Notes under the pieces: model-generated
Seen by the model: only the letters and a program-made list of their open reading frames with translations
Databases searched by the model: none
What the model was told of the DNA's origin: nothing
Translations under genes and position numbers: made by a program
Source of the DNA: Pseudomonadota bacterium
GTDB lineage: Bacteria; Pseudomonadota; Gammaproteobacteria; GCA-002705445; GCA-002716945
Assembly (NCBI GenBank): GCA_036140295.1
Contig: JAYZYL010000006.1
Span: forward strand, 34,276 to 98,275
Direction: 5' to 3'
Length of the DNA stretch: 64,000 bases
Shown: in pieces, positions 10,712 to 23,514 of the stretch
How positions within the stretch are numbered: position 1 is the stretch's first letter
Layout of the letters: the number at the start of each line of letters is the position of its first letter

Positions 10712-12228
10712 ATTAGGCCCCTTGATAATGAATGTACTAAATGATTTGATGTTTCATGCATTATATACATAACTAGGCTTGGTTTAATTCCAATAACTAA
10801 AACTAAGGCAAGAAGAGTCAATAGAGTCCAAAACTCAATAGAGGTAATATCTTTTAATGATAGGATGATTTCATTAGTTGGTTTACCAAATATAACACGT
10901 TTACCCAGCCATAATGAGTAAGAGGCAGCCAATATCAAAGTAAGTGAAGCTAAAATTGCATAAATTATGTTAGATTCCAAGCTTGCTATCAGGACCATAA
11001 ATTCACCAACAAAGCCAGAAGTCCCGGGTAAACCAGAATTTGCTAATAGGAAAAATATCATGAAAGTTGAAAATACTGGCATGACTTGAACTATACCTGT
11101 TTGCCCATTAATCATTCTAGATTTAGTGCGAGTATAAATTATTCCAACACATATAAATAAAGCAGCAGAAATTAATCCATGAGATAACATTTGCATTATT
11201 GCGCCTTGTAAAGCTAAGGACGCCATATTAATATTTATATCCTTTTGATCTAAAAGGGCAAACACTAAAAAAATACCTAGAGTGACAAATCCCATATGAG
11301 CAACTGATGAATATGCTATTAATTTTTTCATATCCTGTTGAGCGAGAGCAACAAGACTAATATATATTATTGCTATTAAGGAAAGGGGGATTAAAAATAC
11401 ATATAAGTAAATTCCTGCATCAGTAGCAATTGGTAACAAAAACCTAATCATGCCATATCCTCCAACTTTAAGTATTACTGCAGCTAAAATAACTGAGCCT
11501 CCTGTTGGTGCCTCCACATGAGCATCTGGGAGCCATGTGTGGACTGGCCACATTGGGATTTTAATTCCAAATGAAATTAAAAAAGCAATAAAAATAAAAA
11601 TTTGTGTCTGCAAAGGAAGGGTTAGATGATAAAAATCAAATATAGCAAAACTACCGGATTTAACCGAAAGGTAAATGATTGCGATAAGCATAAGAACAGA
11701 GCCAAATAGGGTATATAAAAAAAACTTAATAGTGGCATAAATGCGATTTGGTCCTCCCCAAATCCCTATAATGAGAAATAAAGGAATCAACATAGACTCA
11801 AAGAAAATATAAAACAATATACTATCAAAAGAACAAAATACTCCGAGAAGGAGTCCTTCTAATATTAAGAAAAGGGAAAAGAATTTATTTTCCTGTGGTC
11901 GAGTATCTGAAAGACTGAAAAATAATATCAACAAAGTGGTGGTAGAAGTTAACAATATAAATAAAAGAGAAACTCCATCGATCCCTAAATAATAATTGAT
12001 TTTAAATGTCTCTATCCATGGCTTTATTTCAATAAATTGAAGATCATGAACTTTAAAATTAAATTCCATTAAAATAAGTAGAGATAAGAGTAAAGTTAAT
12101 GAAGAAATTAGAATACTTAAGAATCTCAGATAACGAATGTCCTTTTTGTTAAAAAATAGTAAAAAAGATCCTCCCACAATTGGCAGCCAAATTAAAATAC
12201 TTAAAATAGGTAGTGAGGAAATGTTCAT
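10708..12228 (-). CDS. nuoM: NADH-quinone oxidoreductase subunit M
   Basis: 506-aa antiporter-like membrane subunit. Overlaps nuoN start by 4 nt. Confidence 0.9.
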   Translation of the reverse strand: MNISSLPILSILIWLPIVGGSFLLFFNKKDIRYLRFLSILISSLTLLLSLLILMEFNFKVHDLQFIEIKPWIETFKINYYLGIDGVSLLFILLTSTTTLLILFFSLSDTRPQENKFFSLFLILEGLLLGVFCSFDSILFYIFFESMLIPLFLIIGIWGGPNRIYATIKFFLYTLFGSVLMLIAIIYLSVKSGSFAIFDFYHLTLPLQTQIFIFIAFLISFGIKIPMWPVHTWLPDAHVEAPTGGSVILAAVILKVGGYGMIRFLLPIATDAGIYLYVFLIPLSLIAIIYISLVALAQQDMKKLIAYSSVAHMGFVTLGIFLVFALLDQKDININMASLALQGAIMQMLSHGLISAALFICVGIIYTRTKSRMINGQTGIVQVMPVFSTFMIFFLLANSGLPGTSGFVGEFMVLIASLESNIIYAILASLTLILAASYSLWLGKRVIFGKPTNEIILSLKDITSIEFWTLLTLLALVLVIGIKPSLVMYIMHETSNHLVHSLSRGLI

Positions 12229-12229
12229 G

Positions 12230-14161
12230 TTAAAAATCGTAAAAAAATAATAAAAATAAAACCAAACTTATAATCATTGTGAATGCATAGTGATATAAAT
12301 ATCCTGACTGTATATTTCTAATTTTTAGAGAGAAATTATTTATGAAATTAGCTAATCCATTAACAAAATAACCATCAATAATCTTTTCATCAGAACTTTT
12401 CCATAAAACTTCTGATATTCTCCTAATTTTTTTAGGAAAATAAGTATTTGATAAATAAGTAAAACCATACTCACCAACTAGAATCATATAGAGTTTATTA
12501 AATTTATTTTTAAATTTATCTATGAGTTTAGGATATTTTGAAAAAAATAAATAAGAGAAAACTAGTCCTGAAATCAATGAAAAAAAGTTTAAAGATGTGA
12601 AAGAGTGAATTATAAATTCATGAGAACTCAAAACATAGGATTTAAAAAAATTTGTCATTCTATTTGTATCTGTTAATGATGTACTAAAAAAATTTTCTTT
12701 AATTACTGGCTCAAATAAAACTAACCCTATAATTGTGCTAAATACGGCTAATATTCCCATTGGAGCTAAAATAACTTTGCTGTGTTCAGCTTCATTTTTA
12801 TTTATATTTTGTATTTTATCTTCACCATTAAAGACAATAAAAAATATTTTTGAGATATATAATGTTGTAATAAATATCCCTAGCACCAGCGTGTAATACG
12901 CAATTGGTAATTCTTCAAACATTAAAACATCAACTATTAAGTCTTTTGAAAAGAACCCTGAAAATATAGGAAGTCCTATTAATGATAAAGCTCCAAGCAA
13001 AAATGTCATATAAGTTATGGGCATAGTTTTCTTTAGCCCCCCCATTTTTCTAATATCCTGTTCATGATGGCATTTGAGAATTATTGAGCCTGCACACAAG
13101 AATAATAGTGCTTTAAAAAAAGCATGTGTCATGAGATGAAATATTGCTAATGAATAATATGTTGCTCCCAATGCTACTGCCATATAACCAAGTTGTGAGA
13201 TAGTTGAATATGCAATTATCCTTTTTATGTCATTTTGTGTAAGAGCAACTAGTCCCATGGATAATGCTGTTATACATCCAATCACTAGTATTATGTCTGA
13301 GACATATATAGACTGATCATAAAGCGGTGACAATCTTGCAATCATAAAAATCCCTGCCGTTACCATTGTAGCTGCATGAATTAGAGCAGAAATTGGAGTT
13401 GGTCCTTCCATAGAATCTGGCAACCAAAATTGGAGGGGTATTTGTGCAGATTTTGCAGCTGCCCCAATAAATAATAATAATGCTATTAAAGGTAAAACTA
13501 AAATATCATAACCAAGAAAACTTATTGATTTATTATTTAGAGAATCTAGTGATTCAAAAAAAGTAAAATAATCTAAGCTATTACAATATACAAAAACCAA
13601 ACATACTCCTAAAATTAATCCTACATCACCAATTCTATTGACAATGAAGGCCTTAAGGTTTGCTAGAATTGCACTTTCTTTCTGAACCCAAAACCCAATA
13701 AGTAGATATGATGATAATCCAACTAATTCCCATCCAATAAATAATTGTAGAAAATTGTTTGCAAACACAATTAAGAGCATTGAAAATGTAAAAAAGTTCG
13801 TATAAATAAAAAATCGATTATAACCGTCGTCTTCCTTCATATAACCAATTGAATAAACATGTATAAGAAAAGAAACTGATGTAACAATGAAAGCCATAAA
13901 AATAGACAAGCTATCAACCAAAAAACCTAAACTGAAAATAAGTTTGTTGGAATGGAGCCATGTATAAAGAATATATGAGGTAACAGCAGTTGAATCAAAT
14001 AAATAATTAATAAATAGAAAACTAGAAATTACAAGCGGTATACCAATTGCTGTAATAGCTATAAGATTTGTAAAAAGCTTTTTATTATTAGATCCCACAA
14101 AAAGTAATAGAATTGATCCTATTAAAGGTAAAAAAACAATTAAAAAACTAGATAAAAACAT
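12230..14161 (-). CDS. nuoL: NADH-quinone oxidoreductase subunit L
   Basis: 643 aa, antiporter-like with a long C-terminal extension. Sits in the nuoK-L-M order. Confidence 0.9.
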   Translation of the reverse strand: MFLSSFLIVFLPLIGSILLLFVGSNNKKLFTNLIAITAIGIPLVISSFLFINYLFDSTAVTSYILYTWLHSNKLIFSLGFLVDSLSIFMAFIVTSVSFLIHVYSIGYMKEDDGYNRFFIYTNFFTFSMLLIVFANNFLQLFIGWELVGLSSYLLIGFWVQKESAILANLKAFIVNRIGDVGLILGVCLVFVYCNSLDYFTFFESLDSLNNKSISFLGYDILVLPLIALLLFIGAAAKSAQIPLQFWLPDSMEGPTPISALIHAATMVTAGIFMIARLSPLYDQSIYVSDIILVIGCITALSMGLVALTQNDIKRIIAYSTISQLGYMAVALGATYYSLAIFHLMTHAFFKALLFLCAGSIILKCHHEQDIRKMGGLKKTMPITYMTFLLGALSLIGLPIFSGFFSKDLIVDVLMFEELPIAYYTLVLGIFITTLYISKIFFIVFNGEDKIQNINKNEAEHSKVILAPMGILAVFSTIIGLVLFEPVIKENFFSTSLTDTNRMTNFFKSYVLSSHEFIIHSFTSLNFFSLISGLVFSYLFFSKYPKLIDKFKNKFNKLYMILVGEYGFTYLSNTYFPKKIRRISEVLWKSSDEKIIDGYFVNGLANFINNFSLKIRNIQSGYLYHYAFTMIISLVLFLLFFYDF

Positions 14162-14163
14162 AA

Positions 14164-14469
14164 CTAACCCTTTAATTTTCCTACATCATCTACATTAATA
14201 CTCTTCTTGCTTCTATATAGCACAACAATTAAAGCTAATCCTATTGCTGTTTCAGCTGCAACGACTGTTAATATGAAGAAAACAAAAATTTGTCCTGATA
14301 GATCAACCAAAAAATTTCCAAAAATTATAAAATTAAAATTTATTGATAGAAACATTAATTCCAAAGACATGAGTAATATTAAGATATTTTTTCTATTTAG
14401 AAATATCCCCGCCAAAGAAATACTAAAAAGGATAGAGCTTAAAACTAGGTAATAAAGCATCGGTATCAT
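14164..14469 (-). CDS. nuoK: NADH-quinone oxidoreductase subunit K
   Basis: 101-aa protein with 3 TM helices and the conserved Glu-containing motif ([12 protein letters not shown]). Confidence 0.87.
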   Translation of the reverse strand: MIPMLYYLVLSSILFSISLAGIFLNRKNILILLMSLELMFLSINFNFIIFGNFLVDLSGQIFVFFILTVVAAETAIGLALIVVLYRSKKSINVDDVGKLKG

Positions 14470-15068
14470 TTATTCTCACCTTCACCTTTAATTATTTTTA
14501 ATCTGTCAGATTTTTTAACATTGACCTGTTGAAATGGGTTTTGATATTTATTTGAAATATTCTTTTTATGAGTTAATGTAATTGCTGCAACTATCCCTAA
14601 TAACAATATAATGCCAGCTATTTCAAACGCTAAAATAAACTCTGTATATAATAAAAATCCAAGATTTTTTGTATTATCATTACTTATAATGGCAATTTCT
14701 TGAATAATATTTTTATCCATGTTAGAAAATTGGTCATTAAGAAAAAATATTAATAGTAATGCTGTTGTTATAAATACTAGTAAACCAAAAGGGAAATAAC
14801 CGACAAACCCCTCTTTTATTTCTACTATATTTATATCTAGCATCATGACGACAAACAGGAACATTATCATAACTGCTCCAACGTAAACTAATACAAGAAT
14901 TATTGCTAAAAATTCTGCATTTAATAATAGCCATAAAACTGCTGATGCAAAGAAGGCAACTATTAGATATATAGCTGCTTTAACTGGATTATTAATTGTG
15001 ATAACTTTCAGAGAACTAAAAACTAATAATAAAGAAAAAATTAGAAATACATATAACTCCATTAGCAC
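14466..15068 (-). CDS. nuoJ: NADH-quinone oxidoreductase subunit J
   Basis: 200-aa membrane subunit between nuoI and nuoK. Confidence 0.85.
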   Translation of the reverse strand: MLMELYVFLIFSLLLVFSSLKVITINNPVKAAIYLIVAFFASAVLWLLLNAEFLAIILVLVYVGAVMIMFLFVVMMLDINIVEIKEGFVGYFPFGLLVFITTALLLIFFLNDQFSNMDKNIIQEIAIISNDNTKNLGFLLYTEFILAFEIAGIILLLGIVAAITLTHKKNISNKYQNPFQQVNVKKSDRLKIIKGEGENK

Positions 15069-15074
15069 CCTTCC

Positions 15075-15569
15075 TTAGTTAAAATTTTCTCTATCTTTAA
15101 TTTCTTGCTTTTCATACAGAATCCCTACTTTCAGTAGTTCATCTTTTGAAATAATCCTCTCATCTCTTCTTTCAAAATGAAATTCAAAAATTCTTGTCTC
15201 TACCACCGCGTCAACTGGGCATGATTCTTCACAGAATCCACAGTATACACATTTAAAAAGATCAATATCATATTTTGTGGTTCTTCTTGTTCCATCAGAT
15301 CGCATTTCAGTATCAATTGTAATTGCAAGAGCGGGACAAACTGCTTCACACAACTTACAACCTATACATCTTTCTTCTCCATTTGGATATTTTCTTAGTG
15401 CATGCAAACCACGGAATCTAGGAGACTGCGGTGTCTTTTCATCTGGATATTGAACAGTAATTTCCTTTTTAAATAATTTCTTTCCTGTTACTGACAACCC
15501 TTTGAATATTTCAATTAGAAAAAAACTTTTAATTATTGAAAATAATCTTTTAATCATGAAAAAACCCAC
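15075..15569 (-). CDS. nuoI: NADH-quinone oxidoreductase subunit I (2x[4Fe-4S] ferredoxin-like)
   Basis: Two CxxCxxCxxxCP motifs ([12 protein letters not shown] and [12 protein letters not shown]). Confidence 0.93.
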   Translation of the reverse strand: MGFFMIKRLFSIIKSFFLIEIFKGLSVTGKKLFKKEITVQYPDEKTPQSPRFRGLHALRKYPNGEERCIGCKLCEAVCPALAITIDTEMRSDGTRRTTKYDIDLFKCVYCGFCEESCPVDAVVETRIFEFHFERRDERIISKDELLKVGILYEKQEIKDRENFN

Positions 15570-16576
15570 GGTGTAACTTTATAATAAATCATAAACCCTT
15601 CGACAAAAATCCAAACTAGTGTTATAGGTAGAAATACTTTCCAGCCTAATCTCATAATTTGGTCATATCTATACCTTGGTAAAGTAGCTCTCAACCAGAG
15701 GAAAAGAAAAACAAAAGCTATTGTTTTGATTGATAACCAGATGAATCCAGGAACCCAGCTAAATATTTGCTCAAACCAAGTTGATTCAAATGGAGATAAC
15801 CATCCCCCAAAAAACATAATACTAACCAATACACTAATTAAAATTAAATTCATGTATTCTGCTAGAAAAAACATTGCAAAAGCCATTCCAGAATATTCAA
15901 CATGGAATCCTGCAACAAGTTCTGACTCACCTTCCGAGACATCAAAAGGAGCTCTATTAGTTTCTGCTACTCCAGCTATCAGATAAACTAAAAATAAAGG
16001 AAAGAGTGGTATCCAATACCAATTAAGTATACTTCCTTTTTGTGCAATAATTATTTCTTGTAGATTTAGGCTACCTGATAACATTAATACTCCTACAAGA
16101 GCAAATCCCATTGCAATTTCATATGCAATTATCTGAGCTGCTGATCTCATTGAACCAAGAAAGGCATACTTAGAATTAGATGCCCATCCTGCTATGATAA
16201 TTCCATAAACACTCAAAGAGGTTAAGGCAAGCACAAAAAGTATTCCTGCGTTAATATTTGCAAGAACAAATTTTTCTGAAAAAGGTATTACCGACCAAAC
16301 CATTAGTGATGGAACTAACATAATCATTGGGGCTGTTACAAAAAGTGTTTTGTTTGCACTTGATGGTATTATTATCTCTTTTGAAATAAGCTTAATCACA
16401 TCTGCAATTGGTTGGAGTATCCCTGAGGGCCCAACACGTGAAGGACCTAATCTAGACTGCATGAACCCAATAATTTTTCTTTCTGAATATGTAACATATG
16501 CAACTATTAAAAATAGAGGAATAACTATCAATAAAATGTCAGTTAGAATATTAAAAAAAATGTGTAATGCTTGCAT
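15554..16576 (-). CDS. nuoH: NADH-quinone oxidoreductase subunit H
   Basis: 340-aa ND1 homolog with 8 TM helices and conserved quinone-site residues. Confidence 0.92.
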   Translation of the reverse strand: MQALHIFFNILTDILLIVIPLFLIVAYVTYSERKIIGFMQSRLGPSRVGPSGILQPIADVIKLISKEIIIPSSANKTLFVTAPMIMLVPSLMVWSVIPFSEKFVLANINAGILFVLALTSLSVYGIIIAGWASNSKYAFLGSMRSAAQIIAYEIAMGFALVGVLMLSGSLNLQEIIIAQKGSILNWYWIPLFPLFLVYLIAGVAETNRAPFDVSEGESELVAGFHVEYSGMAFAMFFLAEYMNLILISVLVSIMFFGGWLSPFESTWFEQIFSWVPGFIWLSIKTIAFVFLFLWLRATLPRYRYDQIMRLGWKVFLPITLVWIFVEGFMIYYKVTPWVFS

Positions 16577-16578
16577 GA

Positions 16579-18894
16579 TTATTGACTATCGTCCTTAACT
16601 GTTATGCGTCCAGATTTTGAACCTACTGGGTTTCCCTGAAAAAAACTAGATGGATAAATAATTGTTTTTTCTGGCAATGAATTATCAATGCTGTAAGTGT
16701 TTGTTTTAAATCGAGTAAATTGATCAATAATTTCTATGTATTGTTTCTTTTTGTCCTCTTCTTCAACAATATCCTTTGAAACTTTTATAACACTATTTTT
16801 TGCATGCTTTGTCATTTGTAAGGATGGTGATCTCCTTGATAATGAGTCAACTTGATAAATACTTCTCTCTGTAAATTTATAAATATCTGAAACTTTGTTT
16901 TCTTCTTTTTTTGGATTTTTCTTAAAAGCTTTTCCCGCTTGTACATCAAAATTAACTATTTTATTTTCTATTTCTTTTTGTAACGAAGAAATTGTATAAT
17001 CTCCTAAATTATTTTTATTAATTAAGTCACTCAAAACAGAATATCCAGGTTTTATACCTTTTCTTGAATTTACAATTTTTTTAAATTTTTGGTAAGTTCC
17101 TTCTATGTTTATAAAACTTCCGTCTGATTCAGCAAATGTTGTTATGGGCATTAGTATGTTTGCATGCTTGTTGATACTAGGGGTAATAAAGGATGAAAAA
17201 AATATATTCATCTTTGATTTCTCTAGAGATTTATCAAGAGATACGTTATTCCAAAAGTCATGTTCAGGTTCAAGATTATATAATATGTATGAAGATAAAC
17301 GTTTTTCTACCATTTCATAAGCAGTTAAACCGGAGTTTTCACTCTTTTCACCCAGCATATTCCTATGAGGTAAAACTCCAAATAACCACGAAGATGTTGA
17401 ATTACAATGATCAGCAAGAAATCCTAATGATGAGTTTGTTTGATTTGAAAAATTTTTAACAGATGAAATTATCCCTGTTTGATTATGTAGTTGGGAAATA
17501 CTAGGACCTATAATAATTAAAGTTTTTTTATTTATATTTAAATTTCTTAACCCTTTATCGATAATTGAAGAGGGTTCGGAACTCTTTTTTAATTTTATAA
17601 AATTATTAAAAAATTCTTCTAGATCGTTAGGTTTAAAAATTATATTAGACTGAAGTGGAAAATCTTCATATGAAGGAAGAAAATTGAATGAAAAAACCTT
17701 AGTTTTATTCTTTGTTGATTTTATTATTCTAGGAGAAAGAATAGGAAACTCTCTTTTTATGTTTACTCCAACTAATAAAATATTTTCAAAACTATCAATT
17801 TCATTTAGGTTGGTTCCTAATAATGGCATTGTAGGGAAATTTTCTTGGTAAGAGTAGTCTACTTCATTTGTTCTATGATCAATATTTTTTATATTCAATC
17901 CTTTAAAAAGCTTTTGAAAAAGATATAATTCCTCACACGTAGATTGAGGTGTAATTAAACACCCTATATCATCTATGTTTGAGCTTGTAATTTTTTCTAA
18001 TTCTTTATTAGCTGCATCAATTGCAATATCCCAATCACATTCAATGAGTTTTCCATTTTTTCGAATCATTGGGACTGTTGCTCTATCATTTGAATAAATG
18101 CCTTCATACCCAAACCTGTCTCTATCTGAAATCCAAGTTTGATTAATTTTCTCATTTTCTTTAGGTACAGCTCTTACAATTTTATTATCATAAACATGAA
18201 AACTAATATTTGACCCTATGCAATCATGAGGAGAAATACCAGTTAGCTGTGATAGATCCCATGTTCTGGCAGAATAACGGTATGGTTTATTATTTAGTGC
18301 TCCAACAGGGCAAAGATCAATCATATTACCTGATAATTCTGATGACACTCCCTGATCTATGAAAGTGTCAATTTTCATTCTCTCTGTCCTATCTAATAAG
18401 CCTAACTCTTTGCAAGAACTTATTTCTTCTCCAAAACGTACACATCTAGAACAATGTATGCATCTCGTCATATCAGTTGAAATTAGAGGGCTTATATCTC
18501 TGTCTAAAACAACTCTTTTTAGTTCAGTATAATCTGAGTGGTCTTTTCCATGAGTTAAGGAAATGTCCTGTAACTCACACTCTCCTCCTTGATCACAGAT
18601 TGGACAGTCTAAAGGATGGTTTATTAATAAAAATTCCATAGTTGCTTTTTGTGCGCCCTTTGCTACTTCTGAATTAGTAAAAACTTTCATGTCCTCTTTT
18701 ATTGTCGTTGAACATGCTGGTTGTGCTTTTTTAAATCCTTCTACTTCTACAAGACACATTCTACAGCTTGCAACAATAGATAAATGTTTGTGGTAACAAA
18801 ATCTAGGTATATGTATTCCTTGTTTATCTGCTACTTGTATGACTGTATCGTTTTCATTACCAGAATATTCTTTATTATTTATAAATATTTTCAT
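16579..18894 (-). CDS. nuoG: NADH-quinone oxidoreductase subunit G
   Basis: N-terminal 2Fe-2S and 4Fe-4S cysteine clusters ([39 protein letters not shown]) followed by a molybdopterin-oxidoreductase-like domain. Confidence 0.93.
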   Translation of the reverse strand: MKIFINNKEYSGNENDTVIQVADKQGIHIPRFCYHKHLSIVASCRMCLVEVEGFKKAQPACSTTIKEDMKVFTNSEVAKGAQKATMEFLLINHPLDCPICDQGGECELQDISLTHGKDHSDYTELKRVVLDRDISPLISTDMTRCIHCSRCVRFGEEISSCKELGLLDRTERMKIDTFIDQGVSSELSGNMIDLCPVGALNNKPYRYSARTWDLSQLTGISPHDCIGSNISFHVYDNKIVRAVPKENEKINQTWISDRDRFGYEGIYSNDRATVPMIRKNGKLIECDWDIAIDAANKELEKITSSNIDDIGCLITPQSTCEELYLFQKLFKGLNIKNIDHRTNEVDYSYQENFPTMPLLGTNLNEIDSFENILLVGVNIKREFPILSPRIIKSTKNKTKVFSFNFLPSYEDFPLQSNIIFKPNDLEEFFNNFIKLKKSSEPSSIIDKGLRNLNINKKTLIIIGPSISQLHNQTGIISSVKNFSNQTNSSLGFLADHCNSTSSWLFGVLPHRNMLGEKSENSGLTAYEMVEKRLSSYILYNLEPEHDFWNNVSLDKSLEKSKMNIFFSSFITPSINKHANILMPITTFAESDGSFINIEGTYQKFKKIVNSRKGIKPGYSVLSDLINKNNLGDYTISSLQKEIENKIVNFDVQAGKAFKKNPKKEENKVSDIYKFTERSIYQVDSLSRRSPSLQMTKHAKNSVIKVSKDIVEEEDKKKQYIEIIDQFTRFKTNTYSIDNSLPEKTIIYPSSFFQGNPVGSKSGRITVKDDSQ

Positions 18895-18896
18895 AG

Positions 18897-20165
18897 TTAC
18901 GATACCATTGATTGTTTTTTATCAATATAATATTCAAACTCAGGCCAAAAATGCTTTAAAAAACTTTTAACCGGTAATGCTGCGGCATCACCAAGTGCAC
19001 AAATGCAATGTCCCTCTATTTGTCCTGCAACTCTTTCTAATTGCTCTAAATCATTATTGCTTCCTTTTCCTTGGATAATATTTGTTAATGTCTTATATAG
19101 CCAACCTGTCCCTTCTCTACATGGCGTACACTGACCACATGATTCTTCATAATAAAACCTTGAGATTGTATGTAAAACTGAAACCATACATGTATCACTA
19201 TCCATAACAATAACTCCTCCTGAGCCAAGCATTGAACCTGCCTTAACTAGAGAGTCATAATCCATATTGGTTTGCATCATTATTTCAGCAGGGACAACTG
19301 GTACTGAAGAACCACCTGGGATTACTGCTTTAAGCTTCTTAGAATCTGCCACACCTCCAGATAATTCAAGTAAATCAGAGAAAGGTGTTCCTAAAGGAAC
19401 TTCATAGTTTCCTGGCTTGCCAATATGTCCACTCATTGAAAAAATTTTTATACCTTCAGCATCATTTAGGCCTAAACCTCTATACCAACTTGATCCATTT
19501 AAAATAATTTTTGGTACAGTTGCTAATGTTTCTGTATTATTTATTATTGTTGGTTTTCCGTAGAGACCTTTGATTGCAGGAAAAGGTGGTTTTACTCTAG
19601 GCATACCTCTTTTCCCTTCTATTGATTCAAGCATTGCAGTTTCTTCTCCAACAATATATGCACCCGCACCGAGAAGACTATAAATATCTATATTTAAATT
19701 TGATGAAAGTATATTTTTTCCAACAAAGTTATTATTATAAGCATCTCGAAGCGCCTCATTAAAAATCTTCCATTGCTCATTTATAAATTCTCCTCTCAAA
19801 TAATTGTAAGCTACTGTCGCGCCAATCGCATAAGAAGCAATGAGCATGCCTTCAATCACCGAATGAGGATTATATCGTAAAATATCACGATCTTTACATG
19901 TGCCTGGTTCACTTTCATCTGAATTACATACAAGATATTTTCTTTCATCAGATGGCAAAATAAATGACCACTTTACACCTGTTAAAAATCCTGCTCCTCC
20001 CTTACCACGCAGACCAGAATCTTTTATTTCTGAAACAATTTTTTCTTTTGGTATATTATTTTTAATAATATTCTCCCAAGATTTATAACCATTTAATTCA
20101 ATATATGTAGATAAACTAGCAGGATTAGATTTTTGAAATGTCTCTGTGCAGATTTTTTCTATCAT
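18897..20165 (-). CDS. nuoF: NADH-quinone oxidoreductase subunit F (NADH/FMN-binding, 4Fe-4S)
   Basis: Motifs GRGGAGF, GAGAYIVGEETA and a CGQCTPCREG cluster. Confidence 0.95.
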   Translation of the reverse strand: MIEKICTETFQKSNPASLSTYIELNGYKSWENIIKNNIPKEKIVSEIKDSGLRGKGGAGFLTGVKWSFILPSDERKYLVCNSDESEPGTCKDRDILRYNPHSVIEGMLIASYAIGATVAYNYLRGEFINEQWKIFNEALRDAYNNNFVGKNILSSNLNIDIYSLLGAGAYIVGEETAMLESIEGKRGMPRVKPPFPAIKGLYGKPTIINNTETLATVPKIILNGSSWYRGLGLNDAEGIKIFSMSGHIGKPGNYEVPLGTPFSDLLELSGGVADSKKLKAVIPGGSSVPVVPAEIMMQTNMDYDSLVKAGSMLGSGGVIVMDSDTCMVSVLHTISRFYYEESCGQCTPCREGTGWLYKTLTNIIQGKGSNNDLEQLERVAGQIEGHCICALGDAAALPVKSFLKHFWPEFEYYIDKKQSMVS

Positions 20166-20662
20166 TTAAGTTCTTCCAAAATTTTATCAACCTTCTCAAT
20201 TGTAAGATTTTCATAATTTTTGTGGTTAATTTGCATCATGGGTGCTCCATCACAAGCAGCTAAACATTCAATTTCATTTTTAATAAAAAATTTATTGTCT
20301 TTTGTTGTATTACCTGTTTTTGTCTGTAATTTTTTTTCTATATGTTCCAAAATTTTTTTTGAATTTTTAAGCATGCAAGAAACATTTGTACAAACAGAAA
20401 TAATATTTTCTCCAACAGGTTCCGTATTAATCATTGAGTAAAATGTTGCGACCTCATAAACATCAATTTCATTAATATCTAAATATCTAGCTAATGATTT
20501 CATAATTGCTTTGGTGACATACCCATTATTTTTATGTTGCAGTAAGAGCAAACTTTCAATTATTGAAGATTTATTTTTGTCTGAAGGAAATTTTTTTTTA
20601 ATTTTCTCAATATGTTCTGAAATTTCTTCATTAATCACAAAATTTTCATTGTCCTTATTCAT
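20162..20662 (-). CDS. nuoE: NADH-quinone oxidoreductase subunit E (2Fe-2S)
   Basis: 166 aa, thioredoxin-like 2Fe-2S subunit with cysteines CTNVSC...CLAACD. Confidence 0.9.
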   Translation of the reverse strand: MNKDNENFVINEEISEHIEKIKKKFPSDKNKSSIIESLLLLQHKNNGYVTKAIMKSLARYLDINEIDVYEVATFYSMINTEPVGENIISVCTNVSCMLKNSKKILEHIEKKLQTKTGNTTKDNKFFIKNEIECLAACDGAPMMQINHKNYENLTIEKVDKILEELK

Positions 20663-21915
20663 TATCTGTCAATCTCTCCAAAAACAATATCTTGTGTACC
20701 AATTATTGTAACTACATCTGAAAGCATATGACCTATGGACATTTCATTTAACGCTGCGAGATGGGCAAATCCAGGCGCTCTAATTTTAAGTCTATAGGGT
20801 TTATTTGCCCCATCAGAAACAAGAAAAATTCCAAATTCTCCCTTTGGTGCTTCAATAGCGCAATAAACTTCTTCCTCTGGTACGCAATACCCTTCTGTGA
20901 ATAATTTAAAATGATGAATTAAGGATTCCATGTCATGTTTCATTGTTTCTCTATCTGGGGGAGCAAATTTTGCGTTATTACAAATTATTGGTCCCTCATT
21001 TTTCTTAAGCCAATCAATACACTGTTTTATAATTTTATTTGATTGCCTTAATTCTTCAATTCTTACAAGGTATCTATCATAAGAATCTCCCTTTGATCCA
21101 ATTGGTATATCAAATTCAAGTTTATCGTATACTTCATATGGTTGTTTTTTTCTTAAATCCCAAGGAACGCCAGACCCTCTTAACATTGGTCCTGTAAATC
21201 CTAAATTTATAGCTCTGTCATGCTCTACTACTCCAATGCCAACTGTTCTTTGTTTCCAGATCCTATTATCGGTTAATAAGTTTTCATATTCATCAACGCA
21301 TGTTGGGAATCGGGATGTAAAGTCTTCTAAAAAATCTAGTAAGCTACCTTCTCTATTTTTATTCATTTTATCTAATTCTTTCTTGTCTTTTATTGTAGAC
21401 TTTTCATATTTAGGCATCTTTGAAGGGAGATCATTATTTACACCTCCTGGACGATAATAAGTTGCATGCATTCTTGTTCCTGATACGGCTTCATAACAGT
21501 CCATTAAATCTTCTCTCTCCCTAAAAGCATAAAGAAAAACAGACATAGCTCCAATATCAAGTGCATGAGCACCTAACCATAATAGATGATTTAAAATACG
21601 TGTTATTTCATCAAACATCACTCTTATGTATTTTGCACGTTCAGGAATGTCAATTTGTAGAGCCTTCTCTATTGCTAAAACGTATGCATGTTCATTGCAC
21701 ATCATTGAAACATAATCTAGTCTGTCCATGTATCCAATAGTATGGTTGTATGGTTTTGATTCAGCTAGCTTTTCTGTAGCTCTATGCAGTAGTCCTATGT
21801 GAGGGTCAGCATTTTTAATGACCTCTCCTTCCATTTGTAAAATTAGCCGTAAGACACCATGTGCTGCAGGATGTTGAGGTCCAAAGTTCATTGTAAAGTT
21901 TTTATATTCTTTCAT
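20662..21915 (-). CDS. nuoD: NADH-quinone oxidoreductase subunit D
   Basis: 417-aa 49-kDa subunit homolog with an N-terminal [16 protein letters not shown]. Encoded separately from nuoC. Confidence 0.95.
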   Translation of the reverse strand: MKEYKNFTMNFGPQHPAAHGVLRLILQMEGEVIKNADPHIGLLHRATEKLAESKPYNHTIGYMDRLDYVSMMCNEHAYVLAIEKALQIDIPERAKYIRVMFDEITRILNHLLWLGAHALDIGAMSVFLYAFREREDLMDCYEAVSGTRMHATYYRPGGVNNDLPSKMPKYEKSTIKDKKELDKMNKNREGSLLDFLEDFTSRFPTCVDEYENLLTDNRIWKQRTVGIGVVEHDRAINLGFTGPMLRGSGVPWDLRKKQPYEVYDKLEFDIPIGSKGDSYDRYLVRIEELRQSNKIIKQCIDWLKKNEGPIICNNAKFAPPDRETMKHDMESLIHHFKLFTEGYCVPEEEVYCAIEAPKGEFGIFLVSDGANKPYRLKIRAPGFAHLAALNEMSIGHMLSDVVTIIGTQDIVFGEIDR

Positions 21916-22568
21916 GTATCTTCCTTTCTTATGACTCGTGGAACTAAAACTCTAGGCTCGATATCAACTGGTTCAGATATAACTCTTTTAAGTTTAGGAT
22001 CATATCTAACTTGTGTGTTTCCAACTAAAGGAAAGTCTTTTCGAAATGGAAAACCAATAAACCCGTAATCAGTTAAAATTCTTCGCAAATCAGGGTGTCC
22101 TTCAAACAAAACTCCAAAAAGATCAAAAGCTTCTCTTTCATACCAGTTCGCTGAATTCCATATGTTAGTAACTGAAGGAATAATTGGAGGGTCATCATTA
22201 GTAAACACTTTAACTCTAATTCTTGAATTATTTTTCAGTGACAACAAATGATAAATAACACAAAATCGATTTTCTATATTCATGTCATTAATATTTTCTC
22301 CAAAACTTATTCTGCCATGAGTATTTGATTGAACTCCTCTACTATATCCAGTTTCTGTTGCATTAGTTGTTTCCCATTCGGTGTTATGGAATTGACTATA
22401 ATCCACAGCACACAAATCAGTTAATTGTTGATATTCAAGCTCCTCTGTATCCTTAAGGATTAACATTACTTCAATTAGATTGTCTCTCTCAACTTTCAAT
22501 GAAATCATATCAAGATCAGTGCTTATTTCAGAAAGTGATCCTAAATATTTTTTTATATTTTTCATCAT
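21912..22568 (-). CDS. nuoC: NADH-quinone oxidoreductase subunit C
   Basis: 218-aa 30-kDa subunit homolog. Not fused to nuoD. Confidence 0.9.
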   Translation of the reverse strand: MMKNIKKYLGSLSEISTDLDMISLKVERDNLIEVMLILKDTEELEYQQLTDLCAVDYSQFHNTEWETTNATETGYSRGVQSNTHGRISFGENINDMNIENRFCVIYHLLSLKNNSRIRVKVFTNDDPPIIPSVTNIWNSANWYEREAFDLFGVLFEGHPDLRRILTDYGFIGFPFRKDFPLVGNTQVRYDPKLKRVISEPVDIEPRVLVPRVIRKEDT

Positions 22569-22573
22569 GATAA

Positions 22574-23065
22574 TTATCTTGTTTTTGTGTCAGTTTCTAT
22601 TATGTTTTCTCTTCTGATTTTATTTTGTAATTGTAGAATTCCATATAAAAGAGCCTCAGCGGTTGGAGGGCATCCAGGAACATATATATCTACAGGAACT
22701 ATACGATCACACCCTCTCACTACTGAATAGGAATAGTGGTAGTATCCTCCACCATTTGCACAAGATCCCATAGAAATTACCCACTTAGGTTCAGCCATTT
22801 GGTCATAAACTTTGCGGAGCGCTGGTGCCATTTTGTTTACTAATGTACCTGCAACTATCATTACATCAGATTGTCTTGGGCTTGGTCTAAATAACATCCC
22901 AAAACGGTCGAGATCATATCGTGATGCTCCTGCATGCATCATCTCGACAGCACAACAAGCAAGTCCAAATGTCATCGGCCAAAGTGATCCTGTTCTTGCC
23001 CAATCAAATAAACTGGTAGAATCTGCTAAGACAAACCCATCTCTCTTAATATTTTCTAATCCCAT
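22574..23065 (-). CDS. nuoB: NADH-quinone oxidoreductase subunit B (N2 4Fe-4S)
   Basis: Motifs [18 protein letters not shown] and CPP. Confidence 0.95.
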   Translation of the reverse strand: MGLENIKRDGFVLADSTSLFDWARTGSLWPMTFGLACCAVEMMHAGASRYDLDRFGMLFRPSPRQSDVMIVAGTLVNKMAPALRKVYDQMAEPKWVISMGSCANGGGYYHYSYSVVRGCDRIVPVDIYVPGCPPTAEALLYGILQLQNKIRRENIIETDTKTR

Positions 23066-23412
23066 TCAAGAGCACCTTTTTTCCATTCATAAATAAACCC
23101 AACAATCAAAATTAATAAGAAAATCCCCATTGCGACTAAACCTGTCAATCCTATTTCATTTAGAACAATAGCCCACGGAAAAAGGAAAGCTATTTCAAGA
23201 TCAAAAATAATAAATAAGATTCCTACAAGATAATATCGAACATCAAATTTCATTCTTGAATCTTCAAAAGCTTCAAACCCACATTCATAGGGAGAGTTTT
23301 TTTCCTGGTTAGGTTTGTTTGGGCCAAATGTAAAACCAACAGCCAACATTAGTAGTGCAAAAATTACTGCAAATAAAAGGAAGATTAATATTGGCAAATA
23401 CTCAAAAAGCAT
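23056..23412 (-). CDS. nuoA: NADH-quinone oxidoreductase subunit A
   Basis: 118-aa protein with 3 TM helices, ND3 homolog. First gene of the operon. Confidence 0.88.
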   Translation of the reverse strand: MLFEYLPILIFLLFAVIFALLMLAVGFTFGPNKPNQEKNSPYECGFEAFEDSRMKFDVRYYLVGILFIIFDLEIAFLFPWAIVLNEIGLTGLVAMGIFLLILIVGFIYEWKKGALEWD

Positions 23413-23514
23413 ACATTTTCTCCTGATTGAATTATATCCTAATCCGGTCTTACATACTATATTTCAGCTTTTTAGCAAAAATCATTAACTTTAACTGCAT
23501 CATCTGTCCATAAA

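Noticed and set aside
14207-14452. 81-aa + strand ORF
   Set aside because: It sits antisense within nuoK, between nuoJ and nuoL of a tightly packed operon.
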